The translations under genes were made by a program, and so were the position numbers. A stretch of DNA of 64,000 bases from Takakia lepidozioides (Eukaryota > Plantae > Bryophyta): assembly GCA_030704615.1 (NCBI GenBank), contig CM060731.1, positions 48,608,001 through 48,672,000 on the forward strand, in the 5' to 3' direction. This document shows positions 21,350 to 34,530 of this stretch, one piece after another; within the stretch, counting starts at the first letter, position 1, and the number at the start of each line of letters is the position of its first letter. The notes below the pieces were generated by a model that was given only the letters and a program-made list of their open reading frames with translations, did not search any database and was not told where the DNA came from.

Positions 21350-21834
21350 GATGTAATAACATAGGAGTTGTCAAGGTAATATCACAAAAAGAGAGTGTGC
21401 ATGAATACCCAATGCTTCAATGAACAAGAGTTTACATTAGTTAGTTTGTCATAGGGTTTCATAGAGCTGGAATTTGGGGACAAATTGCGGGGCTCAGTGT
21501 GAAACAGGTTCTAGATGATTCCGGACAGCAAGAATCTGCAGATTGTGATATACATGAGCGAGGCGACACAACTGTACTGCACAGAAGGTGACTATAATAA
21601 TAATCTAACGCAATGACAATGACGTTGATATCGATTCCGTATTTTATTATTTCTTACACAGAACTAGCTCCCCACCATACAAGTCACAAGCCAAGATATC
21701 TTTGAGGTCACCCCCGCTCCGTATATATATGCAGGTCAGGCTAGGGGAGCGTCATCTTCTCTTCTTCTCTTCTTCTCTTAGACACTTGAGTCTGTCTGAA
21801 CTTACTATCGGCTATTGCGTAGCTGTATATGTAT

Positions 21835-22097
21835 CCTGGTGATTTCCAGTTCCGAGCATCTCGAGGGTACTGTGAAGCCAAATCATCTCCACCTTTGAAC
21901 TTATGGACTACTATAGTCTTGTAGTGAGCAGGAAGCATGCGCAGCAGCGGGCACTGGATTTAGGAGAGAGGCCCTTGGATCATTTTTGCATTAACGTGAG
22001 GGAAATTCTTTTGGGGGAGTGGAAGGTATGGCTTTCCCACCTTGAAATTATGCTGCGCAATGGTAGTAGTGTCGGAGGTTTCAACCTCTATCTCTGA
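21835..22097 (+). pseudogene. F-box-like gene remnant A
   Basis: FQFR...ELMDYYSLVVSRKHAQQRAL is homologous to the ORF at 28199-28669. Inverted copy at ~51740-52030. Confidence 0.55.
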
Positions 22098-22972
22098 TAC
22101 AAAATTGTATGAGAGATAAAGGTTCTCCAACAGTCAGGTTATCTACTACCGTTGCGCAGTATAAGCAGCCACGCCTCATCTATTACCATTGCGCAGCACA
22201 AGCAGCCACGTCTCATGTAGCACTGACACTCCATTCCAGCCTCATTCCATCACTGCTGACGTTCAGTGCTGATCAATGTGGGTTGCTGCAGCGCAATACG
22301 AGACAACCTAAGTACAGAAGGTAATTGCAAGTCTTCATTTTTCAACTTCAGCTTCTCTTGTTGTTCCTCATGAAGTGATGTGAATTAGCGTCATCGACTC
22401 AACTTCCACTGTGCTAACATGTTTAACATTTTCCACATAAACTTGTTCTAGTAGTACCTGGAGAGCCACTGAGTATTTGTGTTGGTGGAGATGAGTTTCT
22501 TTGCTGGCTTGTCTGTTCTGTTGAGCTTGAATTCCTAAATAGTATCAAAGGATTTATGTACCATTTCAAAATCTTCTCTAATCTTCTCTTAAGTTCTTCT
22601 TTTTCTGGTGTGAAGGTCCTCGTTTCCTCCGGGAAATAAGGTGCCCAATCTATAGACTAATCACAAATATATATATGCTTGTTTTGCATAATATACTGTG
22701 TCGTCTGCTTTCCGTCTGAGGAGAATTAAACCCGGTAAGTACTAGATCTCCGAAGCTAGCGTTATGTGAACTTAGCGACATCCGGGAAAGCCCTGTTTGG
22801 ACTATAATTATAGGGTTTAAGGGAAAACATTATCTCCACTGTCTGCATCATTGATCTGGTGATCCTGCTCATACCAGCAGCGACTTAAACCGATTTACAT
22901 GCAAAGTGATCACAGGATGTCATTTTTTAGCGCACAGAAATACTGTCCAAATTATGTACTTGTAAATCTACC

Positions 22973-24120
22973 TTAATTTAGTTGTTTCATTTTTAGTAGC
23001 AAATAGTCCATGCACAGAAGTACATCCCATGCTTCCTCCGGTTGTTTTCGCTTTGAGTAACATGCTCTAGATACGGTCAAGAGTTCTTTTAGATTCAGGA
23101 GGATATATGCTGGCACATATGTGTCCATCTTATCCCAAAGAGATTGTCCAGGTGGTGTTGCTGATACAAGTCTGACGTTAGATCCATCAACTATACAGTC
23201 CAGAGATCCAACTGTTACAGCACAGCTAATATCTCCATGCAGATTTTCCAATTTGTTCCATAGAAACGCTCTGAAAGTAATCGGGAATCGAGCGGGAATA
23301 GTGACTCCTGATTTTTCCTCGACTTCACATAGTATGCAGGATTCCTACCTCAGCTCTGATAGTGGTATGAGACTGGTACCTGAAGAATTGAGTACTTTAT
23401 TAACTCTAATGAGGAACGTCAGTGGATCTAGGCATCCCTCTCTTAGACCATTTGAAGTTACAGTGTCTATATATTCTGTACTAGTTAGAACTTGTACGGT
23501 CTCTTCTGACGTCACTTATCAGACCTATTAACATAACAACACTAACTAACGTATGGGCTACACTTATTTTCTTGAAAAGACTGTAACCAGAACTAAAAGA
23601 TTTCATCATGGACTTGGCCATAAACATGAGAATACTTTTATCACTGATCTATCCAGAAAAAGACTCGCTTGCTTCTGCTTTGAACTGCAGGTACCCATTA
23701 GGATGACCGTCACTGCTACATGAGGCGTGGCCGCTTGGGGGCGCAATGGCAATAGATAACCTTCACAGGTTCCTGCAACCTCCATGTCTGATATAGTTCC
23801 AACCTCCTCGAATATATGGGAGGGCTATTATGATTCTCCCCTGGAAATTCCACTCCTCCAAATCTTGAATCTTTAGACTCATTAATGCGAAAACCAGCTT
23901 GGTCTCGATGATCCGAATAACCCCAGTGGCCCGCTGCTGTGCATGCCTGCCCACCACAAGCTTGTAGTAGTCCATAAACTCCAAGGTAGTTTGGCTCCAT
24001 ATCCTTGACATACTTCGGAACTGAAAAATCCGCTTCAGCGGCAATCTAGCCACTACCATCACGAGCATAGAGTTCGGCAACACCTAATAATTTGCCAAAC
24101 TCTGCAGAGTCTGCATTCAT
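22973..24120 (-). pseudogene. F-box gene copy B (frameshifted) plus a degenerate downstream coding block
   Basis: LPNSMLVMVVARLPLKRIFQFRSMSRIW...PKRPRL. The downstream block (LENLHGDISCAVTVG..MDTYVPAYILLNL) recurs at ~27360-27760 and ~50570-50915. Confidence 0.7.
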
Positions 24121-27100
24121 GTGGCGATGAGGGAGGCAGGTGCAGTGATGGAAAGGTATGAACCTAACCTCGTTCGGTCCAGAATCGGGTCAGTGTGTTT
24201 CGTTACCCTGCTCTCCATGGACTTGATGATTACAGCATCTTAAGCAGAGATCTTTCAGTTGAATGAAGATCCGCCGAAACGAAGTGGAGAGAACACCGAG
24301 AGACTACCGAACAAAGCCCAATCTCCTAAGGCCAAGAGATGCAAACATTTAAGAAATCGAACTGTGGGAGAGACAGAGATCCAAGAGCTGCAGCTCAATT
24401 TAAGCAATTAGCTCACTCGAATATTTGAAAAAACCCTTATATTGCTGCTCTAGTTAAATTGATATGAATAACCAGTTAAATTAGCGCTCATTATAGATCC
24501 CAGATGAGTCCCATCTGGAAAGGACTCTTCCTCCTACCGCTTGAGCAAGGGAGTTAGGGAGTTTTAGAATTTTAAAAATACTCAGTCCTACCGTTGTAGA
24601 TTAGTACAGTCTCTTAAGCATGAAAGTGACCGATGTTGGAAGAGGGACAGCTTGGGACTATCATGTTGAACATTAGATCTGGAACTTAGCTCAAATACAT
24701 GTCACCGTGCCATTCAGCGAAAAGATGCATTGTTATGGCACTCTTGTTAATTGGAACGGGACTGGGTGGAAAGGTGCCATGTGATGGCCTTGGAGGGCAA
24801 CTGCCAGCTTCAGGTGGCTGGTCGCCAGTTAAGGAGGGCACCTGGTCAAGAAAGAACGAAAGAGGAAGATCGATTAAGGTGCCAGGAAGCCACGGACTAG
24901 AGACGGAATGATTTCAGAAAATGGCATACAGGATAAGAGATCTCAAGAATTGATGTGTACAGTGATAGAGCTTGGTGAGGTGGTTGGGTGGTCCTGGAGG
25001 GTACCTGGAACAAGCTCTGTGTAGGTTGAGAGTGGTATAGGATCTTACTTCATGTACAGGGATGTTGTCTATTTTGTAAATAAACCATATGTGAAGTTTT
25101 TGATTGTGCTTGAGTGTGAACCGTGATAGAACTGAATCTCTCCCTCTCCAACTAGTTGGTTATGACAGGAAATCGAAATTAAGACTGTGATATGTATTGT
25201 TATGAATGTACAGACATTTGTCACAACTACAAAGTGGCATTTACATAGATGTGAGAGAAAATTGGTAGAGATCATGACTAAGTTCTGGCTTGAGTTAAAT
25301 TATTGGATATACAAATACAACTTTAAGAGTTCAATTCTATTTGGAGGAGGCAATGAGGTTGTCTTTTTTGAGTTTCCATCATGGTTTCAAGAGCCCATTA
25401 TCGCATTATAAGAAACAGATCTCCATCCGAACAGCTTGCAAAGTAGATAGATTCCCCATCATGCCCAGTTGCTTGTAGTTTATTAAACAAACAACATCAC
25501 ATCCTAATTGGACAAGACACAACCGTCTTATGAACCGACATGTGAGATGAATAATTGATCTTGTGTCACAGTTGAGGGACAGCCACCATGCCAGGATCTC
25601 CACAGCCTTCGCGTAATATCAAAGTCATAGTCTGGACTGGACCCCATGGTAGGAAGCAGGTCACATCCGAGTGGAAGAGCTGCTGCATGCAGCACACAAA
25701 CAGTCCCCCGTCTATTAACATCTGAGGACACCCCTCACTGTTCTAAATATTCAATGCATTTCGCAAGCTCCCGTTTCTATCACAAATGTTAAAACATTTT
25801 GATGGCTTTCCCCGTCCCTGCAATGCTGCTTCTTGGAGTTCGACCCTTGCTTTATATAGAGATGAATTTCTTTGCCGGCTTGTTCCGTTGAACTTGAACT
25901 CCCTAGTAATAGCAAATTAAAGGACCTTTGTACCATTTCAAATTCTTCAGAGAAATACTGCAAGCTTTGTATAGTAGGTCCAGCATGAATCAACAACATA
26001 CAAGCTGAGACAAGTACGCAGAATGAATTATCTTGATGTACTTTAGTGTCTCCGCTGTTCTTTAATATAAGATACGTGTAATTCGATCATTCCTTAGAGA
26101 CTAGGGCTTGCACAATAACAAAGCTATTTACAACTCATAGCTTTTCCAATGGTTCCTCGATGGGTCCAGTCCCTTATCCAATCAGTACACTCTCCAACTC
26201 TGGACTGGATCTCACACATTTCCTGATGAAGAAGACTGATAATTTGACTTGGTGTAGTTTGTTGTGGAGTAAGAGGCTGTGTAACAACCTGTCGTTGTAC
26301 TTGTCGGGGAAGTGCATTGGTTGAGCCGCTTTTGGCTTCCGCTTGCCGAAAGACATTATCACTCTCTTTGGAGGCTGCATGCTCCCATAGTATCCTCATC
26401 TCCCACTGCCTTTGACAAGCTACTCCTTCCCTCATCACACATTACATCTATGCTGATTACAATGTTCTGTGTAGCTGGATTGTAGCTTGTCTATACCTTG
26501 TCTGGCTGTAGCCTGATTGATGGGGTACAGTTGATACTTTTGAACAAGATCAAACTTCCCCCTTCTCGCTTTTGGGCTGAAATATAGGTAGACTTCACAC
26601 CGGAAAGCAGATGAGACACTGATGGGTAATTACAACCTACCCAAACCTCCTCTTAGGGAATCAGATTTCATTCCACTGCCACAGTCGGCCCGATAAACCC
26701 TTTGGACAAGCAGCACTACTATTGTCTCAGAGAAAGTTAAGGGTTGCTTGTTGCATCATGAATACTTAGTGCGATGCACTATCGACTGAAGTATGATTCT
26801 TGCATTTCAATTTTTCCGAGGCGAATTGGGTACATAATTAGTAGTACATTGTCAGAGAATAATTCCCTGTTCAAAAAGATATCGATTGGTCATGCCTTCT
26901 GCTTATTTTCTTCCTCCTGGGAGGGTTCTTGGTTCGTATTACAAGCTGGGTTGGGTTGGGATTCTTGACGATATTGCTTGCCAGGCAGACAACACTTGTG
27001 ATAGTTACTCTTGACAGTAATTAGACCATGTAGACCATTAATCTCAAGTAGCTGTTGTGTCCATATCACGTTGAGGCTACACGTGTGCCCAAGTGTCCAT

Positions 27101-28198
27101 GGCTTAATTCGTATGCCATGTGTATCTGTCAATTTATTGAGTGGATAGCAAGGGCACGTTGTGAGACTGGTATCCGTCAGTGATCGTAGTCATTTGATTT
27201 CCATAATTAGTGGAAAGACACGCTTAAGCTCTAAATTCGAGCTGGTAGTAGCCTGGGACACTGCGTCAGCTGCTCAACTTGCAGAGATCAAATCTATGTA
27301 TATGTAGCCCAGGCGCATTTAACACATTAATTATATTCTAACCACTCCTCCTGGCAAATTGATCGTCATGGACCCATGCAATCCAACAAACAATCCATGC
27401 AGAAAGTACATTCCATGTTTCCTTGGTTGTTTTTGCATGCTAACATATGTAACATGCTACCGAGTTGTATCTTCTCAGTTCAGGAGGATGCAGGCACATG
27501 TGTGTCCATCCTTCTTATGGAAAACAGGTTTTCCAGGCACCTGGGGTTGCTGGTACAAGTCTGACTTCAGATCCATTAACTATACAGTCCAGAGATTTTT
27601 CTCCAACCCTTATAGCACACATATCTCCATGCAGGTTTTCCAAGTATGGAAATTTGTGCCATCCAAATGCTCTGAAAGGAATGGGGATTCATGACTCATG
27701 ATTCTGTCTCCTGACTCAACATATATAGTATGCAAGATTCCTACCTTCAGCTGGCTCTGACACTGGTATGAGTGGTATGTTCAGAATTGAATACTTTATT
27801 AACTGTAATGAGAACTCACCTCCCAACCATAAAAGTCGCACACAAAGAGATCTGTGTGAGTTGGGGCTGGCCAGGAGCTCCTTATATGGTCAGTGGATCT
27901 GTAAGATTCCTCTTTTAGACCATTTAATTTCAAGATTTGCGTAAATATATATTCTGTACTAGTTAGAAGTACCTCTTCTGACCTCACTTATCAGGCCTGC
28001 TAACATAACAACACTAACTAACTGCCAACAGCTGGGCTATTATACTTACTCCTGGAAAACATATTTGTAAGGTTCCAGAACTCTAAGATTCCATGGACTT
28101 AGCCATAAACATGAAAATACTTGGATCATTGATGTATATATCCAGAAAACGACTCACTTGCTGCTCCTTTTAATTGCAGGTACGGATTAGGATGACCA

Positions 28199-28669
28199 TC
28201 ACTGCTCGGTGAGGCGTTGCCGCTTGGGGCAATGGTCATCGATGACCCAATCCTCAGATCTTGCAACTACCTCCTCTGATACAGAAGACGTTTCAATCTC
28301 CATCTGTGATTCAAGCTCACATGTTCTTGCGACTTCCATGTCTGATATAGTTTCAACCTCCTCCGGTATAGATGGGAGAGTCATTCTGATTCTCCCCAGG
28401 TTCCACTCCTCCAAATATTTGATCTTTTTCATCAATGCAGAAACCAGCTTGGCCTCGCTCCTCCAAATTACCCCAATGGTCCGATGCTGTGCATCCCTGC
28501 CCACAACAAACTTGTAGTAGTCCATAAACTCTACCGTAGCGATGATCTGCCTCCACATACTTGAGAGACTTCGGAATTGAAAAATGCGCTTCAGCGGCAA
28601 TCTTGCCACTATCATAAGCAGGATAGAGTTCGGCAACGCCTGATGGTTGCAAGAGTTTGCAATATTCAT
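28199..28669 (-). CDS. Short F-box domain protein (156 aa ORF, copy C; possibly the first exon of a decayed gene)
   Basis: F-box motif LPNSILLMIVARLPLKRIFQFRSLSSMWRQII near the N-terminus, an acidic region and a basic PKRQR end. The frame is open. Confidence 0.65.
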   Translation of the reverse strand: MNIANSCNHQALPNSILLMIVARLPLKRIFQFRSLSSMWRQIIATVEFMDYYKFVVGRDAQHRTIGVIWRSEAKLVSALMKKIKYLEEWNLGRIRMTLPSIPEEVETISDMEVARTCELESQMEIETSSVSEEVVARSEDWVIDDHCPKRQRLTEQ

Positions 28670-30729
28670 GTTGAGATGAAGATCTGCCGAAGCGAAATGG
28701 AGAAAACACCGAGAGACTACCGGACAAAGCCCAATCTCCAAAGCCCAACTAGAGATCACCAACAAAGCGGAGTGTGCGAGGGACAAAGATCCAAGAGCTG
28801 CAGCTCAATTTAAGCAATTAGCTCGCTCGGATATTCGAAACATCCTTCGAAAAATCCCCTATGGTGCTCTCCTGAAATAGCAACAGGGATTTTCGAATTT
28901 TACAAAGTAGTCCTACCGTTGTAGATAAGTGTCTCTTGAGCATGAAAGTTAAGTGATGTTGGAAGAGGGAGAGCTTGGAACTATCATGCTGTTAGATCTG
29001 GAACTTAGCCAGATACATCTCACAGTGCCCAACATTTAGCGAAAAGATGTATGTTATGAATGTACAGACATTTCTCACAAAAACTACAAAGTGGCATTTA
29101 CAGAGAGTTGAGAGGAAAACTGGCAGAGATCATGACTAAGTTCTGGGCTTGAGTCAAATTAGTACCTAAAAATACAACTTTAATAAGAGTTCAATTCTTT
29201 TTGGAGGCGATGAGGTTTTGTTTTTTTTGAGTTTGCATCATGGTTTCAAGAGCCGATTATGCATCATAAGAAACAGATCTCCATCCGAACAGCTTGCAAA
29301 GTGGATAGATTCCCCATCGTGCATACCCAGTTGCCTGTAGTTTATTAAGTAAATAACATCACATCCGAATTGGACAAGTCACGAGACGACCGTCTTGTGA
29401 ATGGACATCTGAGATGAATAATTGATCTTGTGTCACAGTTGAGGGACAGCCACCATGCCAGGATCTCCACAGCCTTCGCGTAATATCAAAGTCAGTCTCT
29501 GGACTGGACCCCATGGTAGGAAGCAGGTCACATCCCAGTGGAAGAGCTGCTGCATGCAGCACACAAACAGTCCACCCGTCTGACATAGGAGGACCCACCA
29601 GGGACCCCTCACTGTTCTAAATATTCAATGCATTTCGGAAGCTACCGTTTCTATCACAAATGTTAAAACATTTTGATGGCTTTCCCCGTCCCTGCAATGC
29701 TGCTTCTTGGAGTTCGACCCTTGCTTTATATTCTATTTAAAGATTGAGCTTTAATAGAAGCTTACGTGTTGGCTGCAGCATGATCAGTTACGGTAGTTAT
29801 TATTATTGCAGGGTCCCACCCTCTAAAATCTAAAAATATCTTAGTGGCCATGGGATTCACAATGTCTACATCTTTTTAGCTGCTGAGCTTCTTCCCCTAA
29901 CCAAGCAAAAAGGAAAAGGATCAATAGAATAAGAAGATAAATAATTACTTAAAATGAAATGAGGGAGGTAGCCTGCTTATGATAAATGTAGTGCTAGTAT
30001 GTTGGTAAGTCAGAAGTTAGGGCTACCACAAGCGGCCACTAAATATACTAGGAGGATTTGAGGATTGGTTTCGGTTTGAAGTTATACACATCCGTGAAAA
30101 AACAAAATTCACAAATAAGTAATGGTAATTTTTTTTTTTTAAAAAGTACCATGAGTTGGATAGAACACTGAAATGCCACCCAGGTGATTCTGGGTTCAAA
30201 TCCTGCTAGATTGTTGGGTGTGGTATGTTCGTATGTTCTTCCACTCTCCCTTGGACGGTGTCATGTGAGCCTTGTGCTTGGCGCCTCATGGCAAGGTTAC
30301 TCCGAAAGAGGTTATTATCAGTGTTGGACTGGTATACCGATAAGAAACTGGTATCAATACTAGTATGTATATGGTATGAAGTACCAGACCAGTCTGGTCT
30401 CACCTCAGGCCACAACCTAGCATATACCCGTATTGGCCTGGTATCTGCTTCCTAATACTATGGACGATACCCTACCAGTCTGGTAGGTGGTTGAAAACTT
30501 GGTACCTGAAACCAGTACCAGATCCATTTTTGTGAGGTAAACCTGGTATCAATACTTTGAGGAACTTGAGGAATACAATCAATGTACACAACAAGTGCCA
30601 GTCTTTTCGAGCCCTAGTATGTCCAAAAAACCAGTAAATTATGGTGTCTCTTCACCTCTAAGTTCTACTGCCTTCGGGCTGAAAGTTTTATATGGATTGT
30701 TCTATGATCCAAGTTGTAGCCATGGGCAC

Positions 30730-33700
30730 CAATGAACGGGAAGAACCGGTAGCCAGTTACATGCCAGCCGAGTGCCATCCTGGAATTTCCGGGTATGACA
30801 TGAAACCTCCGGAAAATGAACCGACGGAAAAAATGGCCCAAGAGGAAATCATCCGAGTGCCTGACTCAGAGGACGGATTTTTGCCTTTCCGTATCAGTAA
30901 ATGCCGGAAATATGCCTTAGTTGGCACGCCTGGACGGATTCCAGCCGTTCTTATCTTATAAGAAAACGGAAAATGGCCGTTGAATGCTGCCACGTGCCGG
31001 AAATCCAGCATGTCAGGGCCCAGGCCTGGTTACATCCAACGGACGGGGTCAGGGTGGTTGGGGGCAAACCCTAGAAGAGACTAGAAGAGCCTTGCCACGT
31101 GGCGGAAATCCAGCATGCCAGGGCCCACGCCTGGTTACATCCAACGGACGGAGCCAGGGTGGTTGGGGGCAAACCCTAGAAGAGCCTTGCACTCGTTCTT
31201 TGCTAAGTCCTTTGCTCACCTGCCGGGCCCGCACTTACCACTGGCTATATGTTGATGTGCTGCCGACGCTCCCGCCTGCTTGCACTCGCTGCGTGCTACC
31301 ACACTTCAAGGCCCAGGCATGAGTCTTTGTTTCATTTGGTTATGTCTTTGCTTTTCCTAGTGAGAGGTTATGACTTTTGTCTTTCGAAGTCTACAGCTAC
31401 ATGACTTTCTGCATACTTTGTGCTCATCATGCAGTAAAAAGCAAGAGCATTGGTAGGCCTCCCCCTTCGGTTCTTCTACCGTTCTTTCGACCACGGTTTC
31501 TGTTGCTTTGCAGCAGGCACAAGCTGTGTCTATTTTGTGTCGGGCAAAGGCGGCTGGGAGGGCTGCATCTCACCTCGCACCCATTTCTGACCCACCTCCC
31601 CTTCTATTTTCTGATTTGCTTCAGGCAGTTGGCAGGCCTTGCACTCGTTCTTTGCTAAGTCCACATCTCACCTGCCGGGGCCCGCACTTACCACTGGCTG
31701 TATGTTGATGTGTTGCCGACGCTCCCGCCTGCTTGCACTCGCTGGCCCTTCCTTGTTGCAATTTCCGTGCTATAAATTTGTATTTTGTAAGGTCTTGGCT
31801 ATGGCCAAGCGCCAAAGGAATCTAAGAAATATGTTATTTAGGGCTGGTCGCACTGGTGATTGTGATGAGGAGTCTCCTTCCGCTGTCCCCCTTGCCTCAT
31901 CTTCAAGTGGTATGGACAAGCCATCGAATAGTGTAGAGGCAGCCCAGAAAGCATGGAAAGATGTTTGGTACACTCAATTTGATTGGATTGAGTTTAACCA
32001 TGATCTAGGTAGGGTTTTTTGTAAAGTTTGTAGAGGGAAATGAGGGAGGACAGTCTTTGCAAATGCTGGTTCTGTCAATGTCAAGGTGAGTTCATTCCAA
32101 GACCATGCTAGGTCAGAAGAGCATCGTAAGTTCTCTTGGGCCCTACAATCTGGTAAGAAAGCCATGGAGAAAGCCATAGCTAGTGCTAATCGAGCTTGTG
32201 ATGATGCTGTTTTGGCTCTTTTCCAAGTTGCTTACTACATTGGTTTGGAGGCCTTGCCATTTAGCAAATTTCCAGGTTTGTGTTAACTTTTGGTTACTCT
32301 TAAAGCTTGTATTACCCAGAAACTGTACCATGATGAGAAGTCGTGTGCTGATATATTGTATTGTATCTCATGTGTTGTTCAGAAAAAGGTGTTGGATAGA
32401 GTGAAGGATTCCAAGTACTATGGAATCATGATAGATGAGTCAACTGACATTTCAGTGACTGGTCATCTTGTTGTTTTTGCTTCTTTTGTTGAAGAGGGTT
32501 TGCCAGTCACTCTGTTTTTGGGTTTACTTCAGATTATTGATGGCAAGAAGGATGCCGCAATGATATATGAGTGTTTACTAACTAGTTTGAAAGAGTGGGG
32601 TTTGGATGTAGATAAGTTTTTGGGGTTTGGTTCGGATGGGGCAGCAACCATGGTGGGGGCTCGATCCGGCGTGGCTGCTCGTCTTAAGCAAAAGGTAAAC
32701 CCCTTTATGTTGGTCGTCCATTGCGTAGCACATAGGACCAACTTGGCAGCATTAGAAGCTGCCAAGACATCAGCATGTCATCTTATTTCAAATGAGGTTG
32801 ACACACTTTTGAACTCTCTTGCTGGTCATTTTCGCAAATCATCTAAGCGTAAGGCAACCTTGCAAGCTTTGCAGACCGAGCTTAATGATGCTCAGAAGTG
32901 CCTCAAAATGTTTCACAAGATTCGTTGGTTATCTAGGTGGCAGGCCGTGACATTGCTTTGTGATAGTCTTGAGAGTGTTGTCACGTATTTTAGAGATGTG
33001 CCGGTTGCCAATGATGATGGATCAGCCTCTCTTTTGTATAACAAGCTTAGGTCATTCAAAATGATTTATGTCTTGTATTTTTTGGCTGATATGTTGCACG
33101 GTCTATCTCTACTCTCACGTGTGTTCCAATGGAAGTTTGTGGATGTAACCAGCATTGGGTCCATAGTTAAGACAGAGATTGCACAAATACGAATGTTTTT
33201 CATTGAGGATAGCACGGATTTGAACCAATCCACCTTCAATGAGGAAATGGGTTATCACATCATCCCGGAATTTGGTCCTCCTGGTGGGTATTTGAGGCGG
33301 CTAGCCTCTGAGATTAGGGGATCCAATTTTCATGGTGTACAAATGACACGAGAGAGGATGGGGGGTGATTTGGAGGCAGCACTTACCTTCCAAAAGCTTT
33401 ATGCAGAGGCTGTTTGCAATGCTTTGGATGCCAGATTTGAGGACAACGGAGTTGTAAGTGCATTCAAAATATTGAGTCCATGTAACCTACCAACTAGGCA
33501 AGTGGGGTTAGCAAGTTGGGGTGTAGTAGAGTTGGAAATATTATGTGCGCACTATGGTGTCGAAAGACATATTGCAGGAAGGATATTGCCTGCCCTTGTT
33601 GACATAGCAGCGGTGAAACGAGAGTTCTTTGCTTTCAAACTACAGCCAAGTACCGAGTGGATGGAGAAAACTTTCAAGGATCTTTGGGGCATGGTGACTT

Positions 33701-34530
33701 GGAACCCTTCTCTAACGATGAAGTATGAAAACTTGCTTGTGCTTTCTGAAATTGCTCGAGTTCAATGTGTAAGCACTGCCGCATGTGAGAGGGCATTCTC
33801 AGTTCAAAACTCAATCAAAACTAAATTTCGAAACAAGTTGAAAACAAAGAACTTGGAAAGTGTGCTTCGTGTTGCTTTGGAAGGGCCAAGTGTGCAGGCA
33901 TGTCAACCTGTTTTGATTGAGGCCATATCTTTGTGGAAGAACTCCACAAACTTCAGACATTTGTTCTCTCATCCTGAGCTATATTTAGCTGGACAACCAA
34001 TAGTTGGACAACCAGAAGGTGGGCCATCATATGCAGAAGGTACGAATGATGATTTGCAGTTTTGAATTTATGTTTGTTTGTTTGTTTAGATAGGTAACGC
34101 TTCTAAAATTCAAGGCCCTTCAACTTTTGGTTGAGGTCCTTGCATTTTAGAAGGGTTCGATCCTTGGCCTCCAACTGGTGGAGGGCATTGACAGGTTCAA
34201 CTCCTGCCAAGGATACTTTTCTGCACTTGTTTGAATTGCTTAAAATTGGTTGCGATTATTTATTGTTGTTCATTTGTTGAATTTGTATGCAGCCGAATTT
34301 AATTTTCATTTGCAGGAAATGAACCGGTTGATATGTACAATGGCCGGATTTATAGCCGAACACACCAAAAAAAAAAAGGAATATTACCGGTTGTAAAACA
34401 ATATGTAGGAAATTGACCGCCTGAAGTTACCACTAAGGGGCAGCAGCCGACCCCCCAACCCACTTAGCCGGTTGGTGTTGAAAATGAGCGGCCACTGGCT
34501 GGTTCAACTCAAAATATTTCCCGGACACTG
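30730..34530 (+). mobile_element. hAT DNA transposon, full length
   Basis: 8-bp TSD ATGGGCAC (30722-30729, 34531-34538). Imperfect TIRs CAATGAACGGGAA / TTCCCGGACACTG. CCGG-rich subterminal regions and internal ~105-bp direct repeats. Confidence 0.9.
31801..34065 (+). pseudogene. hAT transposase (ZNF862/DUF4371-like), ~754 codons with two in-frame stops (32041, 32284)
   Basis: Zinc finger FDW..VFCKVC..H..SEEH, IMIDESTD, GSDGA, HCVAHR, RWLSR and dimerisation motif STAACERAFS, all in one frame. Confidence 0.9.

Noticed and set aside
26124-26438. 104-aa Q/T-rich ORF between F-box units
   Set aside because: No recognisable motif, no second copy and no clear gene structure.
30145-30205. tRNA gene (B-box GGGTTCAAATCC)
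   Set aside because: No convincing acceptor stem or cloverleaf; at most a decayed SINE head.
32041-32286. In-frame stops in the hAT transposase (and the shared TGA in ORF-X) as read-through or RNA-editing sites
   Set aside because: Single substitutions in methylated nuclear TE DNA explain them; plant U-to-C editing is organellar. The ORF-X stop can simply predate the duplication.
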